Positions 22,826-35,077 are shown, counted from the first letter of the stretch. The stretch is DNA of 39,596 bases from Chiloscyllium plagiosum (GCF_004010195.1 NC_057718.1:6197988-6237583), one strand, 5' to 3'. Notes: a model not told the origin generated them from the letters alone. Translations and numbers: made by a program.

Positions 22826-23365
22826 AAGAAGATATAGGAGCATAATTAGGCCATTCAGCCCATCAGGTCTGCTCCATTATTCGATCATAACTGATATGTT
22901 TTTCAACCCCATTCTCCTGCCTTTTCCACTTAGTTTTTGATCCCTTTACTAATCAAGAATTCATCTAGCTTAAACACACTCAATGACTTGACCTCCACAG
23001 TCTTCTGTGGCAACACATTCCACAGGGTGACGTGGTGGGTCAGTGGTTAGCACTGCAACCAGGGACCCAGGTTCAATCCCATCCTTGGGTGACTGTGTGG
23101 GCTTTCTCCTGGTGCTCCGATTTCCTCCAGTAGTCCAAGGAAATGCAGGTTCGATGAATTGGCCATGCTAAATTGCTCATAGTGTCCAGGATAGGTGGCT
23201 TAGTCATGGGAAATACAGGGATAGGGTGGCTACAGGTGGGGTGCTCTTCAGATGATCAGTGTGGACTGGATGGGCCAAATGACCTCTATGTGAACTGCAT
23301 GGATTCTATGACATTCACCACCCTCTCGCTGAAGAAATTCCTCCTCCCCTCAGTTCTCAAGGATT
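22826..23365 (-). mobile_element. CR1-clade LINE 3' fragment split by a SINE; ends about 30 bp from an exon donor
   Basis: aagatataggagca...ggccattcagccc...cattccacag|attcaccaccctctcgctgaagaaattcctcctc rejoins when 23026-23310 is removed. Confidence 0.65.
23026..23310 (+). mobile_element. HE1-like tRNA-derived SINE (internally deleted)
   Basis: A box tgggtcagtggttagcactg, B box ggttcaatccc, core ggtgctccgatttcctcc...aattggccatgctaaattg, CR1-type tail ending gattctatg. Confidence 0.8.
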
Positions 23366-23393
23366 ATCTCTTTATAAACAACACTGTATTTAC

Positions 23394-23586
23394 CTCAACT
23401 CTTCCAGTACCACGGTTGTATCATATGGCCCCAGTACCATTTCTCCCTGTTGTTCTTCTCTTCCCCTGGGATGGTAGATGACCTTATACCCTGTGACTTC
23501 CCCCGGGGAGGGGTCCCAGGTGACTCTGAAGCTCGTCCGGGCAGGTTCGGAAGTTTGTAAGTTTTGTGGAGGTTTGTATGGAGAGG
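23394..23586 (-). CDS. col12a1: Collagen XII exon (193 bp, phase 1-2), N-terminal part of an FN3 domain
   Basis: Not in the ORF track; read by hand. Acceptor cttcaacag|CCTCT, donor TTGAG|gtaaat. Translates [65 protein letters not shown]. Confidence 0.93.
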
Positions 23587-24499
23587 CTGTTGAAGAGTGG
23601 GAAACGATCCAGTGTTAATGACAGGATGTCATCACAAACAGTACTGAATGCAACACATTAAAACAATTTACTAAATATCAGCATATTAAAATGCAGGCAG
23701 GAACAGAACAACACAACTCCCAGCGTGACCCGTATAGTTTTAATGTCTTGTCAACACAACACCAGCACTCCCCACCCATCTGGCAGCCTAGAGAATCTCC
23801 CGGGAGAGACAAAGAATCAAACATTAGGACAGGCCAAGCAATGTTGACAGGTCTGAAGTCAAGTAGTTAAGGGCCTTACAGATGGCCAGGAGAATTGAGG
23901 ACAGTGATTTGTTCTCACTGCACTTCAACACAGAAACTGCTATTGGCGACGTCGGATGATGACGTTTAATTGAAGCAGTCATTGCCTATTGTCATGGAAA
24001 AGAAAAGGGGAGCAATTAACAAGTGCACAGCAAGATCTCACAAACAGCACTCTGGCAATCTGCATTTCTGTAACATTGACGAACAGATAAATATTGTCCA
24101 GGATATCGGCCAGGACATTCTTTGGAATAGTGCCATGGGATCTTCTACATCAAACTGAGAGGGCAGATTGAGCTACAGTTTAATGTCTCCTCGAATAGCA
24201 TGTCCCTCATGGTAATGTCAGCCGGGTTGTGTGTTCAAAAGTGCTTGGACTGACACGAGAACACAAGTCTTTAATCGTACCATCACTCAATTGCCTCAAT
24301 GCTGCTTTGTGAAGCAGATTTGTGCGAACAGTATGGGTTGGATGCCAAACAAGCTGAGGTTACAACGAAAGGCCCACCTTCCCAAATCCTGCCTTTATTT
24401 GAGGTGTGGTGACCCTCCGGTTCAACTCACCATCAATTGTCTCTCTCGAATGTGAAAGCTGTCCTCTGGGATAAAGTGGCACCAATTTCATACTGATAT

Positions 24500-24760
24500 A
24501 AAGGTTAATTACTTCTCTCAGAGGGTTGTGAGTCTTTGAAACTTCTTCCCACAGAGAGCTATAGAGGGGGGGCAGAGTCCTTGTGCATACTTAAGGCTGA
24601 AACAGATAGATTTTTGATCAGCCGACACACCAAGAGTTATGGTAAATGGGCAGGAAAGTGGGTGTGAGGAATGTCAGATCAGCCATGATCTAAATTACTG
24701 GTGCAGCAGACCTGACGGGCTGAATGGCCTACTCCTAATTCTTATGGATTATGATGACTT
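24500..24760 (+). mobile_element. CR1-clade LINE 3' fragment (related copy 29125-29495)
   Basis: ttctctcagagggttgtgagtctttg...ggggcagagtccttgtg...ttaaggctga...gggcaggaaagtgg...gatcagcc is shared by both copies. Confidence 0.7.
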
Positions 24761-24874
24761 TATCTTAAGACGTATAACTGGCAGAAATCTTAAAAATAAG
24801 ACTTGCTGGTTGGGAATATCAATTCAGAAAGCTTTTATATCTCAGTTTAGGTGGTTCAGATACAACCATCTCAC

Positions 24875-25141
24875 CTGTGGTTCCTTGTCCTGATCTTAAT
24901 TTCCCTTCTGCTTTTCTGTACATTGGAATCACAGAGATATTGTACGTTGTTTGAGGACTGAGTCGCCTTAGGACAGTGGTGGTCACGTGAGAAGGAATCT
25001 TGGTTCCAATGGCCCTTCCTCCTGTGGCTGGTCGGTACGAGAGTCTGTAGTTCAGGACATTGCCTGGAGCTGGTAGCCACCTCACACGGAAACTGTTGAC
25101 CGTTTCGTCTGATATGGTCAACATCTTAGCCTCTGGTGTAG
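24875..25141 (-). CDS. col12a1: Collagen XII exon (267 bp, phase 1-1), FN3 domain
   Basis: Acceptor ttgaacag|CTACA, donor ACAG|gtgaga. Translates ATPEAKMLTISDETVNSFRVRWLPAPGNVLNYRLSYRP...VLRRLSPQTTYNISVIPMYRKAEGKLRSGQGTT, in frame with the previous exon. Confidence 0.93.
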
Positions 25142-25227
25142 CTGTTCAACAGTAGAAGAGAAAGATGTTGGAGTTGATTTTTTTTTTGACAAGTCAGTTT
25201 GGTTAACTTTTGAAGTGTAGGAATGGA

Positions 25228-25675
25228 GCCATAGAGGTCTGCAGTACAGAAAAAGGTCCTTTCATCCATCAAATCTGCACCAACCTAACCATTCTAATCT
25301 CCTTTCCCAGCACATGACCCATAACTTTGTATGGCTTGGCATCACAAGTACACATCTAAATACTTCTTAAATGTAACAAGGGTTTCTACCTCTACACCCT
25401 TACAGGCAGTGAGTTTCAGATTCCTACCATCCTCTGGGTTCAAGCACTTTCCCTCACACCTCCACTAAATCTTCTGCCCCTTCCTTAAACCTGTACCCCC
25501 TGGTTATTTATCCCTCTATCAAGGGGAAATATCTACCCAATCTATGCCCCTCATAATTTTAAACAATTCAATCATGTCCCCTCTTATTCTGCTCTGTGCC
25601 AAGAGAAACAATTCCAGCCTGTTCAATCTCTCTTCATAACTCAAACTATCCAGCCCAGACAACTTCCTGGTAAGT
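25228..25675 (-). mobile_element. CR1 LINE 3' fragment
   Basis: Reverse complement contains ttaccaggaagttgtctgggctggatagtttgagttatgaagagagattgaacaggctgg...gaggggcatagattgggtagat. Confidence 0.75.
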
Positions 25676-25683
25676 TATTTGTC

Positions 25684-26263
25684 AGAGCATTGATACAAGA
25701 GTTAAGACATCATGGGGCTGTACAAGAGACAGGTAAGGCCACTTTTGCAGTACGGCATACAATTTTGATAGCCCTGCTATGAAAGTATGTTATTAAACTG
25801 AAAAGTTTGCAAAAAAGATTTACCAGGATGTTACCAAGACTGGAGGGTTTGAGATATAAGGATAGACCGGCACTTTTTTCCATGGAGTGTAGGACGCTGA
25901 GGTGTGATCTTATCGAGGCCGACAAAATCATAAGGGGGATGGATAAGGTAAAAAGCTAAGGTCTTTGCCCTCTAGTTTTGGACTCCCCTACACCGGGAAA
26001 TAGATTTAAGATGAGAGAAGAAAGATTAAAAAGGGACCCGAGGGACACCTTCTTCACACAGAGATGTGTGTGTGGAACGAGCTGCCGAGGAGATGCTAGA
26101 GGTGAGTACAATTACCATATTTAAAAGGCATCTGAATAGGTACATGGTTAGGAAAGGTTTAGAGGGGCAAAATGCAGGCAAATGATACTAGTTCAGTTTA
26201 GGAAAACTGGTTGGCATGGACGAGTTGTTCCGAAGCATCTGTTTCTGTGCTGTAAGACTCTAT
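25684..26263 (+). mobile_element. CR1/HER1 LINE 3' fragment
   Basis: aaaagatttaccaggatgttacca...tggaacgagctgcc...tttaaaaggcatctg...gtttctgtgctgtaagactctat is similar to 14545-15150. Confidence 0.85.
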
Positions 26264-26762
26264 AAATCTCACCAATACTGGAAATGCAGGGAATTTAGAG
26301 AAAAGAGGCAAACAAACTACAAATAGTAAGCTCCCACAGACAATCACAACCAGGTCATCTACTTGCAATTTATTAGGTAAGGGATAAAGATTGACTAGGG
26401 TACTGGGGTATTTCCACTGCTCTTTCCCAACACAATGCTGCAGAAGCTTTTTACACTGTGCTTGACAGAGCACACTGAGTCTCTGCTGACATCAGAGCAG
26501 AGATGTAAAGCAGACAGCCAACTTGCTATCGCAGGTTTTATACAACCGCACAAATTAAGAATCTATTTAAGGTAAATGGATTGCTCTTATCTGCTGAGTA
26601 AGTTGATACAGTTAAGTATTAATCATCAAGAAAGTGGACACATCAGGGATGTTCTAAAGTTGATCATCAGTCAGTGCTAAATTGGTTGATCTTAACCAAA
26701 TGAGACTCAAATCAGCTCTGGAAGACCTGGCAAAAGGACAGGTCTACCAATGTTGGACAGCC

Positions 26763-27096
26763 ATCATAGAATCCCTACAGTGTGGAAACAGGCCATTCAG
26801 CCCATCAAGTCGACACCAATCCTCTGAAGAGCATATCACCCAATCTCTGTAGCCCTGCAATTCCCATGGATGACCCACCAAGCCTGCACATCCCTGGACA
26901 CTAATGGGGAATTTAGCGAGGCCAATCCATCCTAACCCGCACAACTTTGGACAATGGGAGGAAACCGGAGCACCCAGAGGAAGGCCACACAAACACAGAG
27001 GGAATGTGCAAACTGCACACAGACAGTTGCCTGAGGTTGGAATCAAACCTGTATCCCTGGCATTGTGAGGTAGCAATGCTAACCACTGAGCCACCC
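26763..27096 (-). mobile_element. Near full-length HE1-like SINE
   Basis: Minus strand: ggtggctcagtggttagcattgctacctcacaatgccagggatacaggtttgattcca...ggtgctccggtttcctccca...gggctgaatggcctgtttccacactgtagggattctatgat. Confidence 0.85.
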
Positions 27097-27406
27097 TAGA
27101 TTGCTATTCAGAAATCCCCTTGTAAGCAGCACTATATACATGCATTATGACATGTATAAGCAATACCAGACCTGGCTATGGTATCACCTGTGTCTGCAAA
27201 GCCACCAGACTAGGGCCTGAAGGTTGCCACAGATGCAAGTTATTGGAGAAAAGGTAGTGTCCATCAAACAGGACACAAGTCAACTTTTCAGTAGTAGAGA
27301 GGAAATGGATGAGTTAAAAAGAGAAAGGGATTATTTCACACATTATATTCTCATAGTGAGAGGTTTATTGGACAATAGGATAAGGCATCCTAACTTTAAG
27401 AATATG

Positions 27407-27542
27407 TTCTTAAGAAGAGTCACTGGACTCAAAATATGAACTCTGTCTCTCACTCTTCCCACAGATGCTGTCAGACCTGTTGAGTTTCTCCAACAGTTTC
27501 TGATTCTGTTTCAGATCTCCAGCATCTGCAGCTCTTTGCTTT
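27407..27542 (+). mobile_element. Penelope-type terminal repeat with decayed hammerhead
   Basis: cttaagaa-gagtc-actg-gactc-aaaatatg keeps stem II but has a mutated core. Followed by ccacagatgctgtcagacctgttgagtttctcca...ccagcatctgcag. Confidence 0.65.
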
Positions 27543-27641
27543 ATTTAAAAATATGGTGACAGGTCTGCACGAGAGCCATTCAAAACATGATTATTACAGT
27601 ATAAAAGGTAAGGCTTGTCATACTGGCATGATTTACTGTAC

Positions 27642-27911
27642 CATCAGTGGTTTCTGTTCCTTCAAGCGGATCTCCTTCCCCACTGCCGTATGAAGCATAA
27701 ATCCTGATCTGGTACTTGGTCTCTGGCCGTAGATTCTCCAGTGTTGTTGTGGTGCTGTATCCAGGGACCCACTTTTCTCCACTATCATCATCAAAGAGAG
27801 ATTTCCAGGTGACACGATAGTTGTACACGTTGCCTGGAGCTGAAGTCCACGAAACGTCGATTGTGGTTGGTGTAACGTTTTCAGTCACAAGGTTACGAGC
27901 TGAGCCACGTA
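27642..27911 (-). CDS. col12a1: Collagen XII alpha-1 internal exon (270 bp, phase 1-1), one FN3 domain
   Basis: Acceptor tttattag|TACGTGGC, donor GATG|gtacag. Translates xRGSARNLVTENVTPTTIDVSWTSAPGNVYNYRVTWKSLFDDDSGEKWVPG...LENLRPETKYQIRIYASYGSGEGDPLEGTETTD. Resembles the recalled human COL12A1 FN3 (RGSPQDLVT...WTSAPG...YRVSWKSLYDD). Confidence 0.93.
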
Positions 27912-28402
27912 CTAATAAACAACCAGATCAGTGCAAGGTCAGAATCGGTTCTATCATCTTTTTTCACTTGAGTCATTACGTTTCATAATCCAGCTTTATC
28001 AATGCTTTCACTGATTAATACTTTATCAGATTAATTCAAATACACATGATTTGTAAGCACTTGTATTTTCTTCCCATTTGTTTTATGGCTATCTGATTTT
28101 GCTTTCCATATGACACGCTGCTCAAATTGAGCTCTCTATCACCAGCATCATTTCATTAATGATTGTCTGTAACCAGCTGACTGAAGGTGTCACTCCTTGG
28201 AAACCAGGCTTACTGCATCTCGTCACCTTGATGCTTCCATTATCCGTCTTCACTTTAACACCTGAACAGGTGTGAGTATTCCCAAATCCCCACTATCTCA
28301 CCAATCTAAATGCTTGACCAGAATTTAACTGGATCAGCCACATTAACCAGAAGCTCAACTCGACTAGTCACATAAATAAAGTAAAGTCATAATTGTCCCA
28401 AG

Positions 28403-29113
28403 AGGTGGATGGAGGTGGGGGTAAAGGTGATAGGTCGGAGTGGAAGTTGGAGTGGATAGGTGGGCACAAGTTTTGCAATTCCTTCCCCCGCCACCGCATC
28501 CCTCACCTCCATCCAAGGCCCCAAAGGAGCCTTCCACATCCATCAATGTTTCACTTGCACTTCCACACGTCATTTATTGTATCTGTTGCTCCCAATGCGG
28601 TCTCCTCTACATTGGGGAGACTGGATGCCTTCTCACAGAGTGCTTCAAAGAATATCTCTGGGACACCCACACCAACCAACCCACCACCCCGTGGCTGAAC
28701 ACTTTAACTCCATCTCCCACTCCGCCGAGGACATGCAGGTCTGGACCTCCTCGATTGCCACTCCCTCACCACTTGCACCTGGAGGAAGAACACCTCATCT
28801 TCTGCCTCGGGACCCTCCAACCCCACGGCATCAATGTGGATTTCACCAGTTTCCTCATTTCCCGTCCCCCCACCTTTTCCCAGTTCCAACGATCCAGCTC
28901 AGCATCACCATCATGACCTGTCCCACTGGGTCCATCTTCCTTCCCACCTATCCGCTCCACCCTCCTCTCTCACCTATTACCTTTACCCCGACCTCATCCA
29001 CCTATTGCACTCTCAGCTACCTTCCACCAGTACCACCCCCACCCATTTATCTCTCCACCCCAAGGCTCCCAGCCTCATTCCTGATGAAGGACTTATGCCT
29101 GAAACGTCGATCT
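28403..29113 (+). mobile_element. Penelope-like element 3' part (GIY-YIG endonuclease pseudogene) with an inverted partial pseudo-LTR
   Basis: KGAFHIHQCFTCTS / HVIYCICCSQCGLLYIGETG / HPVAEHFNS across frameshifts. 28403-28464 is an inverted copy of 28943-29003. Confidence 0.9.
29077..29112 (+). ncRNA. Minimal hammerhead ribozyme motif at the Penelope terminus
   Basis: ATTC-CTGATGA-AGG-acttatg-CCT-GAA-ACGT-C-GAT. Core CTGATGA at 29081-29087 and GAAACGTC at 29101-29108. Stem II is weaker than in the 39448 copy. Confidence 0.7.
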
Positions 29114-30007
29114 ACCAATTCTCATTGAAACATTGAGTCTTCTTAAGAGGCTTGGCAGGGTAAAGGCTGAGAGAAGGTTTCCCCTCATGGGAAAGTCTAG
29201 GTCTAGGGCCAGATGGCTTAGTCTGAGATAAAAGGACACCAATCTAAGACTGAGTTGAGGAGGAATTTCTTGTCTCAGAGGGTTGAGAGTCCTTGACACA
29301 ACAGGGTTGCAGGGGCAGAGTCCTTGTGGATATTTAAGGCTGAGAAAGGTAGATTCTGATCTGTCAGGAAATTAAGGCTTATGGGGCAAGGGCAGGAAAG
29401 TGGACATCAGGAATGTTGGATCAGCCTAATCCTATTGAAGGCTGGAGCAGGCTCAAGGAGCCAATCAACTTACTCCTGTTCATATTTCTTATGGTTTTAT
29501 AGAAAAATAAGAACAATTGACTCATAAAAACATCACTAAGAAGATTCCCTCCAAGCCAATTACTATCTTGAATTAAAATCATATTGCAGTTCCTGCATCA
29601 CTGAATCAAAATCCTGGGACTTCCTCCCTAATAATATTGTGGGTATACCCTAAACCATATGGACTTGAGTGGTTCAATATGTGCGCACATCACCTTCTCA
29701 AGGATGGTTAGTAATGGGCAACTAATACCAACAATACCCACTTCCTATGAATGAAGCAGGAGTCTTGAATTCATTTTCATACCCATTCAACTCTCCAAAC
29801 TCCTTCTCTTCTGCATCTGAATTGTTCATACCTCCTGACTTTCTGGACTGTATTTTTGAACTGTCAGATTTTCCAATTCCCTTCCCTTTGTTTATTCTGA
29901 GCAACACGCCAGTGAAGCAACAACAGAAGACCAGCAAACAGATCTGACACGTTGACCTTTGGCCTTATGATAATAAACTAATCCACTTGTCCAGAAACAA
30001 TATTTAT

Positions 30008-30655
30008 CATAGAGTCAGAGAGTCATACAACATGGAAACAGACCCTACGGTCTAACCTGTTTATGCTGAACAGAATCCCAAACCAAACTAGTCCCACCTG
30101 CCTGCTCCAAATCTTTCTTGTTCACATACTTATCCAAATGTCTTTTAAATGTTGTGACCGAACTTGCATCCACCACTTCCTCAGGATGTTCATCCACACG
30201 TGAACCACCCTCTGCAAAAAAACTTGCCTCTCAAGTCTTTTTCAAATCTCTCTCCTCTCACCTTAAAAATGTGCCCTCTGGTCTTGAAATCTCCCATCCG
30301 AGGGAAAAGACAATGACAATTAGCCTTGTCTATACCTCTCATTACTTAATAAATTTCTCTCAGGTTGCCTCTCAACCTCCAGGCTCCAGTGAAAAGAAAA
30401 CCCCCAGCCTCTCTTTATAAGTCTTTCCAGACTTTCTTTACAACTCAAACCTTCCACACCTGGCAACATCCTGGTAAATCTCTTCTGAACCCTCTCCAGA
30501 TTAATAATCTCCTTCCTATGACTGGGCAACCAGAACTGGACTCTGTATTCCAGAAGAGGCCTCACCAATGTCCTGTACAACCTCAATATGACTTCCCAAC
30601 TCTTATACACCAAGGACTGAGCAATGAAGGCTAGTGTGCCAAACATGTCTCCTTC
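30008..30655 (-). mobile_element. CR1/HER1 LINE 3' fragment
   Basis: ORF 30320-30661 reads FGTLAFIAQSLVYKSWEVILRLYRTLVRPLLEYRVQFW...LERVQKRFTRMLPG. Tail (reverse complement) catagagtcagagagtcata. Confidence 0.9.
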
Positions 30656-30739
30656 AGCCACGTTTGTGAGATTGTTCAGTTCCCTGGGTCAAAATCCCTG
30701 GAACACTCCTATGTAACATTGTTGTGGGAGCAATATCAG

Positions 30740-31045
30740 GATGTGGGCATCACTGCATAAGCAAACATTAATTGCATTGACTCAACCACATTGCTGTGGG
30801 CCTGAAGTCACATGTAGGGCAGACCAGGCAAGGATGGCAGATCTCTTTTTCTAAAGGACATTGGTGAAATAGATGGGTTTTCTTGACATTCAGCACTGTT
30901 TCATGGTCATAATGATTTCATTTGGCTTTACTTTTATAGAATTCAAATTACAGCATCTGCCGTGGCTGGATTCCAATCTGGGTCCCCAGAACATTATCTG
31001 GAGCTCTGGATTAACAGTTCAGTGATAATACCATTAGACCATCAT
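30740..31045 (-). mobile_element. SacSINE1-like SINE
   Basis: tcaaccacattgctgtgggcctgaagtcacatgtagggcagaccagg...gggtccccagaacattatctgg...ccattagaccatc is the reverse complement of 20690-21030 motifs. Confidence 0.7.
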
Positions 31046-31949
31046 TCCCGATGGGCTGCAGTTGTCCAAGAAGGCATTCAACCACCACCTTGGCAAGGCC
31101 AATTGTCAGTGACCAATAAATACAGACATTTCCTGAAATGTCCACATCCCAAGAATGCAGATAAAGATATATTATATACACTGTACTCAACAATTTTCAA
31201 AATCATCAAAGTGTTCAGGACAATGTGAGGATTTGATTTGATGTGGACAGAGAAACCACTTCTCCTTGCTGGAGGGTAAATAACGAGTGGACACAGCATT
31301 ATACTTCACAAGTTATTATGATTTAGAATATACTCATTGCCTGAAAGGACAAAGTTAAAATGATCTTGCTCATGCAAAGTACCTCAGCTCATTTAGTTCT
31401 ATTTTGACAATGTGATTGCTTGGACTCGGAGGACTTATGTGTTTTTTTAATTGCGTGAGATGTAAAGCATTTTCTCCCTGAAGGTAGGAGTTGGATCATG
31501 ACTGCATCTGTGTGCGTAAAACAGCAAAGAGAAATATGGAACGAAAAAGGGCTTTGTGGTCCAATAGTCTACTGCTTCCATATACAGTCGTTTTAGCGTG
31601 GATTCTACCCAGCCTGTTTAATCTCTGAGGAGAGTTTCTGCAGTCCTTCTCCCTGCTAACGCCAAGCTGCAGTAAAACATGCCGTTGCCATTTTAAATGC
31701 CATATTACTCATTCGTGACTGACTGCCTTGCTTGGCCATGTGATTTCAACATTCGGAACAGCTTAGGGGCCAACTGCCTTCCAATTTCGCCCATCCATTT
31801 GTAATTATCCTTCAATCCCACTAAATCATTCACCCTGCTGCTTCTAAAACCTGTTCACCATAAGATAAGTTCTTGCTAGGTGCAACTTTGGACTTTGCGC
31901 AGTTTTGTGAAAAAAATGTTGCGTTATCATCCTCATTTTACGAAGCATT

Positions 31950-33790
31950 AGCTATGGGGAAGGAAACTGCAGGGGATGAGCACATTAAAAATGTGGAGCT
32001 TATTCAAGGAAAAGCTCTTGTGTGCCCTAGATAAGTATGTACCTGTCAGGCAAGGAGGAAGATATAGAACGCGTGAGCCGTGGTTTACTAAGAGAGTGGA
32101 ATCCCTGGTCAAGAAGAAGAAGAAGGCTTATGCTAGGACAAAATGTGAAAACTCAGTTAGGGCGCTTGAGGGTTACAAGGAAGTCAGGAAAGACCCAAAA
32201 AGAGAGCTCAGAAGAGCCAGGAGGAGACATGAGAAGTTGCTGGCGGATAGGATCAAGGTTAACCCCAAGGCTTTCCATAGGTATGTCAGGAATAAAAGAA
32301 TGACGAGAGTTAAATTAGGGCCAATCAAGGATACTAGTGGGAAGTTGTGTGTGGAGTCAGAGGAGATAAGGGAAGCACTAAATAAATATTTTTCGACAGT
32401 GTTCACTATAGAAAATGAAAATGGTGAGGAAGATACAGAGGGACTTGCATCTAGACTAGAAGAGACTGAGGTTCACAAGGAAGAGGTATTAGAAATACTG
32501 CAGAGTGTGAAAATAGACAAGTCCCCTGGGCAGGATGGGATCTATCCTAGGATCCTCTGGGGAGCAAGGGAAGAGATTGCCGAGCCTTTGACATTGATCT
32601 TCAAATCATCATTGTCTACAAGGAATAGTGCCTGAGACTGGAGGATAGCAAATGTGGTNNNNNNNNNNNNNNNNNNNNNNNNNNNNNNNNNNNNNNNNNN
32701 NNNNNNNNNNNNNNNNNNNNNNNNNNNNNNNNNNNNNNNNNNNNNNNNNNNNNNNNNNNNNNNNNNNNNNNNNNNNNNNNNNNNNNNNNNNNNNNNNNNN
32801 NNNNNNNNNNNNNNNNNNNNNNNNNNNNNNNNNNNNNNNNNNNNNNNNNNNNNNNNNNNNNNNNNNNNNNNNNNNNNNNNNNNNNNNNNNNNNNNNNNNN
32901 NNNNNNNNNNNNNNNNNNNNNNNNNNNNNNNNNNNNNNNNNNNNNNNNNNNNNNNNNNNNNNNNNNNNNNNNNNNNNNNNNNNNNNNNNNNNNNNNNNNN
33001 NNNNNNNNNNNNNNNNNNNNNNNNNNNNNNNNNNNNNNNNNNNNNNNNNNNNNNNNNNNNNNNNNNNNNNNNNNNNNNNNNNNNNNNNNNNNNNNNNNNN
33101 NNNNNNNNNNNNNNNNNNNNNNNNNNNNNNNNNNNNNNNNNNNNNNNNNNNNNNNNNNNNNNNNNNNNNNNNNNNNNNNNNNNNNNNNNNNNNNNNNNNN
33201 NNNNNNNNNNNNNNNNNNNNNNNNNNNNNNNNNNNNNNNNNNNNNNNNNNNNNNNNNNNNNNNNNNNNNNNNNNNNNNNNNNNNNNNNNNNNNNNNNNNN
33301 NNNNNNNNNNNNNNNNNNNNNNNNNNNNNNNNNNNNNNNNNNNNNNNNNNNNNNNNNNNNNNNNNNNNNNNNNNNNNNNNNNNNNNNNNNNNNNNNNNNN
33401 NNNNNNNNNNNNNNNNNNNNNNNNNNNNNNNNNNNNNNNNNNNNNNNNNNNNNNNNNNNNNNNNNNNNNNGGCTCACTGGACCTGATTTCCAAGTATGGG
33501 GACGGCAAACACGGGGGGGACACAACTTTAAAGTGAGGGGAGATAGGTATAAGACAGATGTCAGAGATAGTTTCTTTACTCAGAGAGTAGTAAGGGTATG
33601 GAATGCTTTGCCTGCAACGGTAGTAGATTCACCAAGTTTAAGTGCATTTAAGTCATCGTTGGACAGGCATATGGACGTAGATGGAATAGTGTAGGTGGGA
33701 TGGGCTTCAGATTAGTATGACAGGGCAGCGCAACATCGAGGGCCGAAGGGCCTGTACTGCGCTGTAATGTTCTATGTTGTATGTTCTATG
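31950..33790 (+). mobile_element. 5'-truncated CR1 LINE spanning an assembly gap
   Basis: 219-aa ORF (WSLFKEKL...PWFT...IKVNPKAFHRYVRNKR...LNKYFSTVFT...KSPGQDGIYPRIL...IAEPL), then WRIANV. After the gap: TRGGHNFKVRG...FFTQRVVRVWNALP, and a (ttctatg)-type tail at 33765-33790. Confidence 0.93.
32659..33470. other. Assembly gap (812 N)
   Basis: Run of N. Confidence 1.
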
Positions 33791-35077
33791 GAAAATTGTA
33801 AACCAAGCTGAAGATTTCCTTTGCCCATTATTATAATTAGACTAAAAGTCAAGATCTAGCTGCTCCATGTGTAGATACCAATGTGCTCTGATTGTGTGCA
33901 TGTGCATGTCATCTGGCTCAGCTGAGTGTAACAATAACCACTAAGGTTATATTTCCAGTCCAGACCACCTTCCAGGCTGTGCACTACGAAATATTGCTTT
34001 TTCTTCCACAGTACACACAACAAAGGACAACATTTGTCGCCCTTGAACTGAATGTCTTGCTTGGTTAAGGGTCAACCACATTGCTGTGGGTCCCGGGCTC
34101 CATATGAGAGCCAGGCTGTGCAAAAATGGTTGTTTTCCTTCCTTGAGGGACATTCATAAATCCAGATAGGTTTTTACAAGAATCAATGTTAAACTCACTA
34201 TTACTGAGGCTTGCTTTCAAGTTCACACTTTGATGAACTGAATTTCATTTCCAACTGCTGCCGTGATAGATTTTGAATCATTGACTCCCACAGTAATGGC
34301 CTGGTCCTTTGAATTACTAACACAGTGGTTTTATTGCTGTACCAGCGTCCCTGCTTAGTCAAGATGGTCAAAGAACTTTCTTCATGCAGAACTGCCAATG
34401 GATGGCAATGGGAAATGACCCATTGAACCATCAAATATTACAGTATCCAAGAAGGCCAATCTGAGTACTTCTTCACTTTATTAATCCAAAGCCAATCTCA
34501 GAGCCACATTCTCTCCCCATGGCCTTGTTACATTCCTTTGTTTCAAAGACATATCCATTTTTCCCTCAAAATTATCTGCAACTCAATCAATCCCTGTGCA
34601 TTCAACACCAGAACAAGAAAAGCATGAAAGCACTATGTAGGAAAGATGCCTGTCCTGAGTAATAAAACATGTAGCTCCTTCCACAGATATATTCAGCTGG
34701 ATGTCTTGATACAGTCCAATGCAGTCCTTTCAGTGTCTGCTCCCTGTTGTGATCTTATATCACCTAGAAATGGTCCCCAGGTTCAACCAAAGCAATATAA
34801 TCTTATTTCTGCTAATTTTCTGTGACACATTCCGCAATTCTCCCGGACTCAACTCAGCAGTTCAAATGCATTCATCTCTCCACACCTCATGTGTATCTTT
34901 ACAGCTTGCAAGTGCCAAACTGTGAATATATATGAAGTATCTGTGCAGATGTTTTAGTGGATTCCAGATGCAGAAGCCAATTTAATATAACATCCAGATG
35001 GCAACCAATATACATTTAAGCATTGAGTGCCTGATTGATGTCCCACAGTACCATAGGCTAACTGCAAATCCCTGACA

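Noticed and set aside
26990..27096. tRNA-like A/B boxes (also 23030-23080 and 2386-2422)
   Set aside because: These are SINE heads: two continue into SINE core and tail, the third is a short fragment, and none forms a cloverleaf.
28393..29136. Overlapping 100-222 aa ORFs as a functional endonuclease gene
   Set aside because: GIY-YIG motifs are split across frames, the conserved R...EH is mutated (ECFKEY) and there is no RT; a dead Penelope fragment.
29722..29937. Purine-rich minus-strand ORF (MLVFCCCF...NSDAEEKEFGELNG) as an alternative collagen exon
   Set aside because: TTG start, no similarity to FN3 or VWA, no convincing acceptor, and the candidate donor (TGG|gtatga) is phase 2 in that frame while the next exon needs phase 1.
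32542..33694. Long ORFs of 294-346 aa
   Set aside because: Artefacts of the 812-N gap; the real flanking residues belong to a CR1 LINE.
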